A stretch of 64,000 bases of DNA from an uncultured Bacillota bacterium (GCA_963804645.1 CAWDRG010000001.1:1-64000); one strand, 5' to 3'. Counted from the first letter of the stretch, positions 48,443-59,968 are shown. A program made the numbers and translations. The notes: generated from the sequence alone by a model not told the origin.

Positions 48443-50528
48443 GCCATCGGGGACGCCCCGGGGGAGCCCCGCACCGGGCGCGACGCGCGTCCGGGGGGCC
48501 GCCACCACCAACGGCTCCACCACAGCAACCCGACCAGCACCGCACCCACCATCGACCCGATCACGAGGGCGTACACCGTGCGCGCGACCGAGTAAAACAG
48601 CGGCGTGTGAATGTGCGAGAACGAGTTGACGAGGCCGGCCTGGCCGATCGCCCCGATCATCGCGGCGGGCAGCACCCACTTGCGCAGGCCGAGGGCCGAC
48701 AGCGCGAAGGCGAGCACCATGAACGGATCGCCGACGAGGAACTCCTTCGTCCGGGGCCGCGCCACGAAGACGCGCTCCAGCACGACGCGGCTCTTCAACT
48801 CGAGCCCGCCGAGCAGCGGCAGCCCGGAGTTGCCGGTCCGGCCGAGCGCGAACGCGGCGGCGGTCCCGATCACGATGATCGCGATCCCGTACTCGAGGAG
48901 GAGCGGCTGCCGTGCCCACTCGCGCAGCCGCCGCCAGAGCTCGCCCGGCGGGGCCGAGGCGGCGGCGAGCAGCAGCCCGATCACGACCACCGGAATGACC
49001 AGCGCGAGCTTCACGCCGAGAAACTCGCGCACCTCCATCATGAACTCCCAGTCGCTGAGCAGCGCCGCCATGACGAACGCCCCAAGGGCGGTCACGGCCG
49101 ACACGGCCCACAGCCCGACGATTCCGCGCAGCGCGGCCTGGAGCCCGGTCGTCGCCTCGACGTCCGGCGCGGGCACGGCGGCATCGCGCCGCCGCGCGCC
49201 GGGGATCAGGTACATCATCGCGAGCGTCGGGAACGCGAGGGCGGCGAGGAGCGCGAGCGCCTGGCGCCACAGCGTCACGTGGTGCACCGCGAGCACGCCC
49301 AGCGTGGCGAGGAGTCCGAGCGCGACCCCGAGGTGGAGCGAGCGGACGGACACGGGATGCGACAGCGCGTCGGACACATCCCCGACGGCGATCGCGGCGG
49401 CCGCGAGCGTCCCGAGAGCCGCGAGCCCGAACAGCGGGGCCGGCGTGCTCAGCACCGGCATCGGCACCGCCTTGTCCAGCTTGTAGCCGGCGCGCGTCAG
49501 CTCGTCGCTGATCGACGCCACGTAGTCCAGATTGGTCTGCATCTCGCCGACGCCCGCCGTGGTGGTGAGAAACGGCCGGACGTACAGGATGCGGTCGTTG
49601 CGTTCGCGCGCCGCGAGGACAAATTTGTCGCGGGCGTCGTCGGGCGTCGATCCCGCGAGCTCCTCCGGCGCCATGCTGAACACGCGGATGACGTCGGGCG
49701 TCACCGCGGTGGTGAGCGCGTCCTCCCCCTTCTGCTTGCGCTTCGCCGTGAACACCTCGATGCGGCCGAACGTGAACCCGGAGGCCTTCATCTGCGCCGC
49801 CACGTCCGGGATCAAGGTGTCGTAGCCGAGCACCTGATCCCGGTCGAAGATCAGCGTGAAGGGGGCGCCGGCCTCGCGCAGCTGCGCGAAGAACGCATCC
49901 AGCCCGCCCGGCGCGACGTCGTGGAAGTTGATGACCCGCAGCTCCGCGGTCAGGTGGTCCGCGCGCAGCTGGGCGACGCGGTCGGGCATGACCCCAAGCG
50001 ACGCGTCTTCGAGCTCGCGTCCGCGGGCCGCGATCTCGAGGACGGGTCCGCTGCCGGTGCGCATCGTCGACGCGGCCGCGCCGAGCTGCTCGGCGAACCC
50101 GCGCTGGACCAGGCTCAACACCGGTGCCGGACCGAGCACGTACGTACTATCGGTGTGAATGCGCCCGTCTCGGGCCATGTCCGCGAGCGCCCCCCGAGCG
50201 CCCCGGTGCGCTCCGCGTTCACGACGTCGGCGCCCGTCATGAACGCAACTTCGCCGTTCTCGGACAGCTTGGTGAGCGAATCGGCGTAGAGCGTGACGCT
50301 GCGGACGCCGCGCTCGTAGAGCGCGCGGTACAGGGTGTCGCGGTCGACGCCGTCCCGGCGGGCGAGCGTCGTCCAGTCGTCGCCGTCCGCGGTGATCTCC
50401 ACTGTGTGGTACGCGCGCTCAAGGGTGAACCGCTGCACCAGGATCACGCAGGACGCCACGACACCGAGCGCCGCACACGCCGCCAGCACCGGGTACTTTC
50501 GGAAGAGCGTCCGCACCATCGAGATCAT
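48439..50528 (-). CDS. DUF5693-like membrane protein, frameshifted at a G-run near 50190
   Basis: AARERN.R.LY, F.GVKL, RTGN, RPRTKEFLVG.P, NSFSHIHTPL; the N-terminal 50115..50528 ORF joins 48439..50178; directly upstream of csaB. Confidence 0.8.
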
Positions 50529-50546
50529 CTCGCCACCCGCCCGCCC

Positions 50547-51293
50547 CTACTGCGAGCCCGCCGCCGCATCCAGAATCACCTCTCCATTGGTCACCCGTAC
50601 GGCCCGCAGCTGGAGCCCGAACGGCAGCGCGCCGATGTCCAGCACGGGGTTGACCGCCGCGCTCACCCGCGCCGCCACCGGGTCGGGGAGCGGGACCCCG
50701 GCGACCGCGATGCGGTCAAACACAAGATCCACCGCCGTCCCGCCGCGGAGCGCCAAGCGTCCGTCGCCCGCCACCGGGAGCGACGCCCCGAACAGGGACA
50801 CGGTCGCCGCGAGCCGCACCCGCCCGTCCGCGAGCACCACCCCGACGTTCCGGATCGAGGGGACTGTCGCAAGCGCCTGCGCGAGCGCATCCTGCCGGAC
50901 GGTGACCTCGGCGGCCGCCGACCCGAGCGAGCGAATCACTACGCGGCGCTGGACGTACAGCGCGGCCGGGTCGAACCGCAGCCCCCGGAACGTCGCGTCG
51001 AACGTCTCCGTACGCACCGTTCCCACGCGCAGCCCGAGGGCGTGCACGCGCAGGACGTCCACCCGTCCCCACCACAGCGCCGGCGGCGGCCACGTGACGA
51101 CGCTGACCTCCACCGGACCCCCGGCCACGTCTCCCGCGATCGCGGTGTTGAGCGCGGACGCCGCGGCCCACGGCCCGGTCACGCTCGCGAGCACCGCGAC
51201 GAGCAGCAGGCCGACCGCGCCCCACCAGACGGCGACGATCGGGCTGCGCCGAGCGCGCGCCCGCGAGGACGCCTCGGAGGCGCCGGCGGACAC
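50547..51293 (-). CDS. DUF2993/LmeA-like membrane-anchored protein
   Basis: N-terminal TM helix, GRVD.L.V motif, LPFGLQL..V.V..G C-terminus; start uncertain. Confidence 0.65.
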   Translation of the reverse strand: MSAGASEASSRARARRSPIVAVWWGAVGLLLVAVLASVTGPWAAASALNTAIAGDVAGGPVEVSVVTWPPPALWWGRVDVLRVHALGLRVGTVRTETFDATFRGLRFDPAALYVQRRVVIRSLGSAAAEVTVRQDALAQALATVPSIRNVGVVLADGRVRLAATVSLFGASLPVAGDGRLALRGGTAVDLVFDRIAVAGVPLPDPVAARVSAAVNPVLDIGALPFGLQLRAVRVTNGEVILDAAAGSQ

Positions 51294-51295
51294 GG

Positions 51296-52460
51296 CTACG
51301 GTGACGCCGCGGGCCCGACCCCGCGGCCTTCTGCGCCGGCATCCGCGCCTCCGGCGGCCGGGACGGCCGCCTGATCGAGGCGGAGGTAGGCATCGATGAA
51401 CGAATCGAGCCCGCCGTCGAGGACGGCCTGCACGTTCCCGGTCTCGACGCCGGTGCGGTGATCCTTGACGAGGGTGTACGGCTGCAGGACGTACGACCGG
51501 ATCTGGTTCCCCCACGCCGCGTCGCGGTGCTCGCCCCGCAGCGCCGACATCTTCTGACGCTGCTCGTCTTCGCGGCGCTCCCAGAGGCGGGCCTGCAGCA
51601 GCTTCATCGCGGTGAGCTTGTTGGCGTGCTGCGACCGCTCGTTTTGACACTGTACGACGATCCCGGTAGGCAGGTGCGTGATGCGCACCGCGGTCTCGAC
51701 CTTGTTGACGTTCTGCCCGCCGGCGCCGCCGGCTCGGTAGGTATCCACCCGGAGATCGTCGTCCCGAATCTGCACTTCGGCGGTCTCGATCTCCGGGACG
51801 ACATCGACGAGCGCGAACGACGTGTGCCGCCGGTGCGCCGCGTCGAACGGCGAGATCCGCACCAACCGGTGCACCCCGCGCTCGCCGCGGAGATAGCCGT
51901 ACGCGTTCGGCCCGTAGAGGATGACGGTCGCGCTCTTCACGCCCGCTTCCTCGCCCGGCGAGACGTCGACGAGCTCGGCGCGGTACCCGTGCGTCTCGGC
52001 CCAGCGCAGATACATCCGGAGGAGCATTTCGGACCAGTCTTGGGACTCAGTGCCGCCCGCGCCCGCGTGCACGGACAGAATCGCGTTGCGGGCGTCGTGC
52101 TCGCCGGACAAGAGCGTCGCCAACTCAAACCGGTCGAGCCGCTGGCCGAGGGCGACGATCTCCCGTTCCACATCCGCGAGGGTCGCGGAGTCCTCTCCCA
52201 CGGCGAGGTCGACGAGCTCGCGGAGATCGGCCACCTCGCGCTCGAGGTGTGTCAGCTCGTCGATCCGATCGCGCAGGCCCGCGAGTTCCTGCGAGACCCG
52301 CCGGGCCTGCTCCTGCACATCCCAGAACCCCGGTTGCTGCACCTGACGTTCGAGCTCTGCGATCCGGGCACGCTGCCGGGGAACGTCAAAGATGCCTCCC
52401 GATGCCTCGGAGACGCTCCTCGTACCCATCCAGCGCGCGCCGCAACTCCTCGATCGTCAC
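51296..52460 (-). CDS. prfB: Peptide chain release factor 2 (programmed +1 frameshift)
   Basis: SPF and GGQ motifs; upstream 24-codon [27 protein letters not shown] ends in CTT TGA C. Confidence 0.96.
52385..52400 (-). promoter_or_regulatory. prfB +1 frameshift cassette
   Basis: GGGAGG-CAT-CTT-TGA-C: internal SD 3 nt before the slippery CTT TGA. Confidence 0.93.
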
Positions 52461-52630
52461 CCACGAACCCCCGACCCGCCGCATTCGCGATCACGCGGCG
52501 CCGTCTTCGCCATTATACCGAAAAGGGACTGGCAGCGAAATACGCGTGGCGCGGCAACTCGCGCCGCACGCGACCGCCATGGCGCGTTGCCAATGACTCC
52601 TGCGGCAGCGCGCACCGCGCCGCCTGGGAT

Positions 52631-53398
52631 CTAGCGAGTCGCCACGAAGAACAGCCTCGGAAACGGCAGCAGCACCACGCCGTCGGCCTGCGCGGGATAG
52701 GCGTGCACCAGGGCCGCCTGGTATTGTGCGAGGAACTCGGTCTGTTCCGCGTCATTCAGCGGCCCAAGAAACGGCCGCAGCCCCGTCCCCTTGAACCACT
52801 CCACCAGCGCCGCATGGTTCACCAGCTGGTGATAGTACGTCGTCCGCCAGATGTCGACCCGTCCGCACCGGCCCCGCAACAGCGCGTAGTACCACTCCGC
52901 GGTGTGCCGCTCCCCATGGGCCAGCTCCGCCCCCGCGAGCTTGCCGCTCCAGGCGGCCGTGTGCGCCAGCGCCCGCATCTCCCGATGCGCCGGTTCCTCG
53001 AGATTGTCCGGCACCTGGACCGCCAGGCTCCCGCCGAGGGCAAGCTTGCCGAGCAGCGTCGGCAGCAACGCCGCATGATCCGGGACCCACTGCAGCACGG
53101 CGTTGGCCAGGATCACACCGAACGGCCCCGGATCGTCCCACCGCGTGATATCGACCAGGGCGAACCGCACCTGCGGCAGCCGCGTGCGCGCCGCCTCGAT
53201 CATCTCCGGCGAACTGTCGAGCCCGGACACCACGGCGCCGGGATAGCGCGCGGCGAGCACCTCCGTCGAATTCCCGGGCCCGCACCCGATATCGACGGCC
53301 CGGCGCACCTCCGCGTCCGGCACGGCGGCAAGCAGGTCGCGCACCGGCCGCGTGCGCTCGGCTTCAAAGGCGACGTATTGCGCGGCGGACCAGGTCAT
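52631..53398 (-). CDS. tam: Trans-aconitate 2-methyltransferase
   Basis: ERTRPVRDLL, DIGCGPGNST, ANAVLQW.PDH, GTGLRPFL, LLPFPRLF. Confidence 0.94.
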   Translation of the reverse strand: MTWSAAQYVAFEAERTRPVRDLLAAVPDAEVRRAVDIGCGPGNSTEVLAARYPGAVVSGLDSSPEMIEAARTRLPQVRFALVDITRWDDPGPFGVILANAVLQWVPDHAALLPTLLGKLALGGSLAVQVPDNLEEPAHREMRALAHTAAWSGKLAGAELAHGERHTAEWYYALLRGRCGRVDIWRTTYYHQLVNHAALVEWFKGTGLRPFLGPLNDAEQTEFLAQYQAALVHAYPAQADGVVLLPFPRLFFVATR

Positions 53399-53420
53399 CG
53401 GCGGTTCAAGATTATAGCAC

Positions 53421-55430
53421 TCACCACGGTGGAAGCAAAAAGCCCAGCAGGACCACGCCGACGCCGTGGGCCAGGGCGAGCGCCGGCACTTGCGCCCACC
53501 GCGCGCGGATCAACCCGAACACCGCACCCGCGCACAGGCTCCACACCATCGCCTCCGCGCCCAGCGGCACCGCGGCGGCGACGCCGAGGAGGGTCGACCA
53601 GCAGACGGCGGTCCTCCAGCCGCGCCAGGCGGACGCCGCGTCGAACACGAGCCCCCGGAGCCACCATTCAAACGTCAGCCCCACCACGAGCACCGCGGCG
53701 GCGCTCCCCACCCACCAGCCGCCGGGAGGCGGGGTGAGCACCACCGGCGCCCGGTGCGAGGCGAATCCCTGCAGCGCGAGCCAGTACAATGCGCCGACAG
53801 CCGCGAGCGCCGCGGCGCCGGCCGGCACACACCCCCGGAGCTGCAGCCCGAGGCGCCGAAGCGGCAGGCCGCGGCTAAGCGCCGCGGTCGCGCCGAGCGC
53901 GGCGAGCACGGGAATCAGCGCGGCCGCCCCGCCCCCGGGGCCGAGCGCGTGCACCGCCCACCGGACGGCGCCGAGCACGGCCAGCGGCACCAGCGATACC
54001 GCGATCAGGCGGCTAAACGGCGCGCCCGCCGGACCGCGGAACTCGTCGGCGGCCCTCGGGACGAGCAGGAGCACCGCCGCGAGGAGCGCGGCCCAGCCCA
54101 CCACGTCGCCGACGCGCGCGTAGATCGTGAGAGCGGTCTCGGCCGCGACGGGTGCCTCCGCGACGCCGGACAGCCCCGTACCCAGATGCGAGAGCACGCG
54201 GCCGCGCGGATCGATGATCTCGCTCACCCCCCGGTTCGCCGCGCGCAGCACGTAGCGCCCTTCCTCGATGGCGCGCAGCGGCGCGATCGCCGCGTGCTGC
54301 TCGGCGGCCCGCGGCCCGGCAAACCACTGGTCGTTCGTCTGCACCGCGAGCAGGACGGCCCCGTCGCGGACGCTGCGACGGGCCAGGTCCGGGAAGATGC
54401 TCTCAAAGCAGATCGCGATCCCGATCGGGCCCTCGGGGGTGGGCAGCACGCCGGGGCCGGTCCCGGCCCGCTCGCCGAACTCCGCGAACGGCACGAGCCG
54501 CGTCTTGTCGTAGCGTCCCGCGAGGAATCCGTCCGGAGCGAAGGCGAACGCGGAGTTGGTCACGCCGCCTTCGAGACTGCTCGCCACGAGCGCGATCCGG
54601 CCGTCACGGGCCCACCCGCCGAACTGCATCAGCGCCTGCGGATTGCCGGCGATGTCCACCGGCGATGCGGTCTCGGGCCACACGACGAGTCGCGCGCCGA
54701 TCCGCACCGCCTGGCGCGTGAGCAGCTCGAGCTCAGCCAGTCGGGCCGGCCCGTCCAGCGCTGCCCGTCCCGGCGTCGTCTCGTACGCCGTCTGCACGAC
54801 GGCTGCCAGGAACGGCGGCGACGCGCCGCGCATCGCCGCGGGCGACTGCAGCGTCTCGGTGCCCCACCCCCAGGCGAGCGCCAGGACGGCGGCGCTCGCG
54901 AGCACGACGGTGGGGCTCACGCGCAGCACAAGCAGCCGCGCGAGCACGACGTTGGCGAGCACCACGAGGAACGTGAGGCCGAAGACGCCGCCGATCGATG
55001 CCACCTGCGCCACGGCGAGCGCGGCGTGCTGCGATTCCCCAAGCAGCGCCCACGGAAACCCGAGCGGGCCCTGGCTGCGGAGGAACTCGGCCGCGGTCCA
55101 GAGCACGGGGATCCACAGCACGTCGGCGGGACGGCCGCGGTCGGCCCACGCCGCGACGCCGAACACCGAGGCCGGGACGAGCGCGAGCAGGCAGGCGGCC
55201 AACGCCCACGCGCCCACGCCGAACGCGGTCAGCCACCACAGGACGGCGCCGAACGCGACAACACCCCACAGGTAGCCGAGCCGGAACGCCGCGCGGGGCG
55301 CCGCGTCCAGCACGGCGAGCACGAGGGGCACGAGCGCCACCCACGCCAGCCATCCGAGGTCGTACGGGGGGAACGCCGCCGCGAAAGCGGCGGCCGAGAC
55401 GGCGGCGGCGAGCGCGCGCCGCCAGGTCAC
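53421..55430 (-). CDS. lnt: Apolipoprotein N-acyltransferase with extra C-terminal CPBP/Abi-like membrane domain
   Basis: GFPW, WPET, YDK.RLVPFAE, ICFES, TNDQWF, RAANRGVS; about 200 extra hydrophobic residues at the C-terminus. Confidence 0.9.
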   Translation of the reverse strand: MTWRRALAAAVSAAAFAAAFPPYDLGWLAWVALVPLVLAVLDAAPRAAFRLGYLWGVVAFGAVLWWLTAFGVGAWALAACLLALVPASVFGVAAWADRGRPADVLWIPVLWTAAEFLRSQGPLGFPWALLGESQHAALAVAQVASIGGVFGLTFLVVLANVVLARLLVLRVSPTVVLASAAVLALAWGWGTETLQSPAAMRGASPPFLAAVVQTAYETTPGRAALDGPARLAELELLTRQAVRIGARLVVWPETASPVDIAGNPQALMQFGGWARDGRIALVASSLEGGVTNSAFAFAPDGFLAGRYDKTRLVPFAEFGERAGTGPGVLPTPEGPIGIAICFESIFPDLARRSVRDGAVLLAVQTNDQWFAGPRAAEQHAAIAPLRAIEEGRYVLRAANRGVSEIIDPRGRVLSHLGTGLSGVAEAPVAAETALTIYARVGDVVGWAALLAAVLLLVPRAADEFRGPAGAPFSRLIAVSLVPLAVLGAVRWAVHALGPGGGAAALIPVLAALGATAALSRGLPLRRLGLQLRGCVPAGAAALAAVGALYWLALQGFASHRAPVVLTPPPGGWWVGSAAAVLVVGLTFEWWLRGLVFDAASAWRGWRTAVCWSTLLGVAAAVPLGAEAMVWSLCAGAVFGLIRARWAQVPALALAHGVGVVLLGFLLPPW

Positions 55431-55461
55431 TTGGTGGAGCGCCTACATCCGAGCCGGCCGA

Positions 55462-58140
55462 TCACTCGCCGCGGCCGTGGCACTTCTTGTATTTCTTGCC
55501 GCTCCCGCAGGGACACGGATCGTTGCGCCCGACCTTCGCGACGTGCACCTGGGTCGCGGTCCCGCCTCCGCGGCTGGCCGGCCGCGGACGCTCCGCGTCG
55601 CCGGCGCCGCGCTCGCCCGTCACCCGGTACGCCGGCCGTTCCAGCTTCCGCAGGGGGGCCGCCGCGGGCGCCTCGTCCGTCCGGGCCGCGGCGGGGAGCG
55701 GCTGCACCTGCACGAGGTACAGGAACCGGACGGTCTCTTCCTGAACCTCCTGCTTCATCTGCTCGAACAGCGCGTAGCCTTCCTTCTGATACTCGATGAG
55801 CGGGTTCGCCTGCCCGTAGGCGCGCAGCCCGATGCCCTCCCGCAGCGCGTCCATCGCGTACAGGTGGTCGATCCACTTCCGGTCCAGGGTCTGCAGCAGG
55901 ATGATGCGCTCAAGCTCGCGCATCGTCTCGGGGCCGACTGTCTGCTCCTTCGCTTCGTACGCGGCCAGCGCCGCGGCGACCAGCCGCTCGGAGATCTCCC
56001 CGGCGCTCGCGCCGCGCAGCGACTCCGCCGTCACGTCGTCCGCCAGCGGGATGATGACGCGGAGCTCTTGGACCAGCCCGTCGAGATCCCACTCCTCCTG
56101 CCGCATCTCCGTCGAGCAGACGCTCTGGACGAGATCGTCCACGAGCTGCGCGATGAAATCCATGATGTTGTCGCGCAGGCTCGCGTCCTCGAGCATCTTG
56201 CGCCGCTCGCCGTAGATCACCTGGCGCTGGACGTTCATCACGTCGTCGTACTCGAGCACGTGCTTGCGGACGTCGAAGTGGTACGACTCGACCTTCTTCT
56301 GCGCGTTCTCGATCTGCCGCGTCACCAGCGTGGCCTCGATCGGGACGTCGTCCTCGATCCCGAGCCGCTCCATGATCCCGGCGATCCGCTCGCCGGCGAA
56401 CAGGCGCATCAGCTCGTCGTCCAGCGCGACGAAAAACCGCGAGGAGCCGGGGTCGCCCTGGCGCCCGGCGCGGCCGCGCAGCTGGTTGTCGATCCGCCGC
56501 GCCTCGTGCCGCTCGGTGCCGACGATGTGCAGACCGCCGAGCGCCCGCACTTTCTCGCCGTCGGCCGGATCCGGCGGATTGCCGCCGAGGATGATGTCCA
56601 CGCCGCGCCCGGCCATGTTGGTCGCGATCGTGACGGCCCCCGACCGGCCCGCCTGGGCGATGATCTCCGCCTCCTGCTCGTGGAACTTCGCATTGAGGAC
56701 CTTGTGCGGGATGCCGCGCCGGCGCAGCATGCCCGCCACAGCCTCGCTCTTCTCGATCGACCGCGTGCCGACGAGCACCGGGCGGCCCTTCTGATACCAC
56801 TCCGCGATCTCGTCGGCGACCGCCTTCAACTTCGCCTTCTCGTGCTTGTAGACCAGGTCGCCCGTGTCCTTGCGAATCATCGGCCGGTCCGTCGGGATCG
56901 TCACGACCGGCAGGTTGTAGATCTGGGTGAGCTCGGCCTCTTCGGTCTTTGCCGTACCGGTCATACCCGCCAGCTTGTCGTACATCCGGAAGTAATTCTG
57001 GAAGGTGATCGTCGCGAGGGTCTGGCTCTCCTTCTCGATCTTCACGCCTTCCTTCGCCTCGATCGCCTGGTGCAGCCCGTCGCTGTACCGGCGCCCGAGC
57101 ATCAGGCGGCCGGTGAACTCGTCGACGATGATCACCTGGCCGTCCTTCACGACGTACTCGACGTCGCGGTGGTACAGCGTGTGGGACCGGAGGGCCTGCT
57201 GGGCATGGTGCATCAGCTCGATGTGCTCGGGATCGGTCAGGTTGTCGATCCCCAGCATCCGCTCCAGCTGGTTCGTGCCTTCCTCGGTGAGCACCGCCGT
57301 CTTGAGCTTCTCGTCCACGTGGTAGTCCCGCTCCTCGACGAGGCGCGGGATCAGCTTCGCGAACTGGTAGTAGGCCTCGATCGACTGCTCGACCTGGCCC
57401 GAGATGATGAGCGGCGTCCGCGCTTCGTCGATCAGGATGAAGTCGACCTCGTCGACGATCGCGTACCGCAGCTCGCGCTGGACCAGATCCTCCCGGCGGA
57501 CCACCATGTTGTCGCGCAGATAGTCAAACCCGAACTCGTTGTTGGTGCCGTACGTGATGTCGGCGAGATAGGCCTCCCGGCGGGACGCGGGGCGGAAGTG
57601 CGTCACCCGCTCGTCGCCGTGGTGGCTTGAGTCCGTGTACGTGGGATCGTAGATCCCGCCGAACTCGTGGGTGATCACCCCCACGCTGATCCCGAGCAGG
57701 TGGTAGATCGGCCCCATCCAGCCCGCGCCGACGCGCGAGAGGTAGTCGTTCGGGGTGACGAGATGGCCCCCGCGCCCTTCCAGCGCGTTGAGCGCGAGCG
57801 GCAGCGTCGCGACGAGCGTCTTGCCTTCGCCGGTCTTCATCTCGGCGATCTTGCCGCTGAACAGCACGGCGCCGCCGATCAGCTGGACGTCGTGATGCCG
57901 CTGGCCGAGCGTCCGCTTGCCGGCCTCGCGCACGAGCGCGAACGTCTCCGCCATCAGGTCGTCGAGGGACTCGCCGTCCCGGGCGCGCCCGCGCAGCTCG
58001 TCCATCTTCGCCCGCAGCGCCTCCGCGGACAGACCCTCCAGCTCCGGCTCGAGCGCGTTCACCTCGCGCACGAGGCTGTCGCGGAGCCGCTTGACAATGC
58101 GCTCGCTGTTATCGCCGAGCAGATTTTGGAACAGCTTCAT
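55462..58140 (-). CDS. secA: Protein translocase subunit SecA
   Basis: [35 protein letters not shown]-terminal [18 protein letters not shown]. Confidence 0.98.
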   Translation of the reverse strand: MKLFQNLLGDNSERIVKRLRDSLVREVNALEPELEGLSAEALRAKMDELRGRARDGESLDDLMAETFALVREAGKRTLGQRHHDVQLIGGAVLFSGKIAEMKTGEGKTLVATLPLALNALEGRGGHLVTPNDYLSRVGAGWMGPIYHLLGISVGVITHEFGGIYDPTYTDSSHHGDERVTHFRPASRREAYLADITYGTNNEFGFDYLRDNMVVRREDLVQRELRYAIVDEVDFILIDEARTPLIISGQVEQSIEAYYQFAKLIPRLVEERDYHVDEKLKTAVLTEEGTNQLERMLGIDNLTDPEHIELMHHAQQALRSHTLYHRDVEYVVKDGQVIIVDEFTGRLMLGRRYSDGLHQAIEAKEGVKIEKESQTLATITFQNYFRMYDKLAGMTGTAKTEEAELTQIYNLPVVTIPTDRPMIRKDTGDLVYKHEKAKLKAVADEIAEWYQKGRPVLVGTRSIEKSEAVAGMLRRRGIPHKVLNAKFHEQEAEIIAQAGRSGAVTIATNMAGRGVDIILGGNPPDPADGEKVRALGGLHIVGTERHEARRIDNQLRGRAGRQGDPGSSRFFVALDDELMRLFAGERIAGIMERLGIEDDVPIEATLVTRQIENAQKKVESYHFDVRKHVLEYDDVMNVQRQVIYGERRKMLEDASLRDNIMDFIAQLVDDLVQSVCSTEMRQEEWDLDGLVQELRVIIPLADDVTAESLRGASAGEISERLVAAALAAYEAKEQTVGPETMRELERIILLQTLDRKWIDHLYAMDALREGIGLRAYGQANPLIEYQKEGYALFEQMKQEVQEETVRFLYLVQVQPLPAAARTDEAPAAAPLRKLERPAYRVTGERGAGDAERPRPASRGGGTATQVHVAKVGRNDPCPCGSGKKYKKCHGRGE

Positions 58141-58322
58141 CGATCATCGCTCCCGCACTCTGGGCGATCGCCCGACGTCCCTACCTCTATAGCTTACGAC
58201 TTCTTAGTATAACGCAGATGGGCGCGGGGATACTCCAGAAAACCGCGTGTCGGACACGACGACCCGGGCCCGGGACGCGGCCGCCCACGCCGGGCAATTC
58301 GGAGACGGTGACGCGACCGTGC

Positions 58323-58979
58323 CTAGCGGGAGCCGAGCCACCCCACGGTCCTGTTGACGGCGTTCAGGGCCGCGCACACCACCGCTTCGCGGGGTTCCTC
58401 GTGGACCACGGCCGAGCCGCTCAGCAACTCCTCGCCGGGTCCCAGCCACGACACCACGACCACGGCGATCTGGTGTGACGCGACCTGCACGATGGACGCC
58501 GACTGCAGAAGGAACAGCGCCTCGGCCCGGAGGTACGTCTCGACCGCCTTCAGCGTCGCCTGGCCGACCAGCTCCAAGAAGTGCGACGCGGCACCCGGAC
58601 CCGACGCGGCGCCTTCATAGATGAGCCCTTTGTGCTCCAACTGCACCCGGACGTCGGCGGACGTCCGCAGCCGCGACACGGCGAGCCCGACGAACTTCAG
58701 GCGGGACCGCACGCCAGGAACCGCCGGATCCGGAGGGCCGCTGCGCTGCGCCGCCACCCGCACCTGGCCCGGCTCCAGGCTGAGGCCGAGTTCAGAGGCG
58801 AGCGCCGCGACCACGTCACCGACGATCACCCGGGGCGTCCGCTCGGCCGACGCGAGCACATGCAGCTGTGCGATCTTGCCGTCATCGCTCAGGTCGACCC
58901 GCACCGCGGACACGCCCCGGAGCCGTCCGACGATCTCTTCCGCCTCACGCGCCAACGACTGATGCCGAGCCTGTTCCAT
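58323..58979 (-). CDS. Hypothetical protein
   Basis: 218-aa ORF with AGGAGG RBS and host-like codon usage; two apparent alpha/beta domains joined by a Pro-rich linker. Confidence 0.7.
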   Translation of the reverse strand: MEQARHQSLAREAEEIVGRLRGVSAVRVDLSDDGKIAQLHVLASAERTPRVIVGDVVAALASELGLSLEPGQVRVAAQRSGPPDPAVPGVRSRLKFVGLAVSRLRTSADVRVQLEHKGLIYEGAASGPGAASHFLELVGQATLKAVETYLRAEALFLLQSASIVQVASHQIAVVVVSWLGPGEELLSGSAVVHEEPREAVVCAALNAVNRTVGWLGSR

Positions 58980-59134
58980 TGCCCCCTCCTATCCACCCGG
59001 CGTCCCTGCGGGGCACCGGTGGTGCTGGCACATCCACAACGCTCCGCACCCGGGCCCAGAACACGGGCGGGGACGGAATGGCCCTAATGATTCATCCTCC
59101 TGGGGCGCCGCTCCTGTCTCGTGCCGCCGATATC

Positions 59135-59968
59135 TTACAGATGCCAGCGTTCGCGCAGGCGCGCCAGTCCACCGTTCTGTCCGAGCTGCTGCAGCGCATC
59201 GGCCACGAACCCCGCGAGGTCCGGCGCGCTCTCCGGCGCGATCACGACGAGGGGCACGGTCGCGCCCCCGGCCCCGGCGACGGCCAACCCGCCATGATCG
59301 GCGGCATAGTCTCGAGCCACCGGCTCGTCCACCACCGCGGCCTGCACCCGCCCGGCCTCGAGCGCCGCCAGCGCCTGCTCAGGCAGGTACAGCAGCTCCA
59401 CCGTCGACGCCCCCGCCTGGCCGGCCATTCCGGCGCCCGGACTTCCGGCCACCGCGGCCACACGGAGTCCCCGAAGCCCCGCGACCGAACTCACCGCACC
59501 GCGCCCGTGCGACACGATCGCCTGCCCTACCATCAAGTAGGGCGCGGAGGCGCGGCCGGGCACTGTGCCGGACGGCAGCGCGCCAAGCGCCAGGTCCGCG
59601 CCGGCCGGGACCCCGGCGTGGAGCACCGCGAGCGGCGTATCGACGACCGCGAGATGCACGCCGAGCGCCTGGGCGAGCAGCGTAGCCAGATCGACGTCAA
59701 ATCCTTTCGGCCCGGCGTCATCCCGAAACGCGATCGGAGGATACGACAGATCTGCGGCCACATGCAGCGTGCCGGCCCGCTGGATCCGGGCGATCGTCGG
59801 TCCGGAGGCGCCGACGTGAGGGGCCGGAGGCAGCGACGCGATGTGGGCTCCACATGACGCCAGGGCGAGCACGGCCGCGAGCCACGCCAGCGTCCGCCCC
59901 GCGGGGGGCCCCCACAACGCGCCCCAGCCGTGCCTCCGCCCCCGAACGGACTCGCCCGCCACGCGCAT
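59135..59968 (-). CDS. Family 3 (polar amino acid) solute-binding lipoprotein
   Basis: LALASC lipobox, SYPP..F, GFDVDLA, LEAGRVQA. Confidence 0.8.
   Translation of the reverse strand: MRVAGESVRGRRHGWGALWGPPAGRTLAWLAAVLALASCGAHIASLPPAPHVGASGPTIARIQRAGTLHVAADLSYPPIAFRDDAGPKGFDVDLATLLAQALGVHLAVVDTPLAVLHAGVPAGADLALGALPSGTVPGRASAPYLMVGQAIVSHGRGAVSSVAGLRGLRVAAVAGSPGAGMAGQAGASTVELLYLPEQALAALEAGRVQAAVVDEPVARDYAADHGGLAVAGAGGATVPLVVIAPESAPDLAGFVADALQQLGQNGGLARLRERWHL

Noticed and set aside
10300..50200. Programmed frameshifting in the phoR-like gene, livF, livM, macro-domain gene, dinB, oxidoreductase and DUF5693-like gene
   Set aside because: No shared slippery sequence or SD/stop cassette; the pattern fits indel errors
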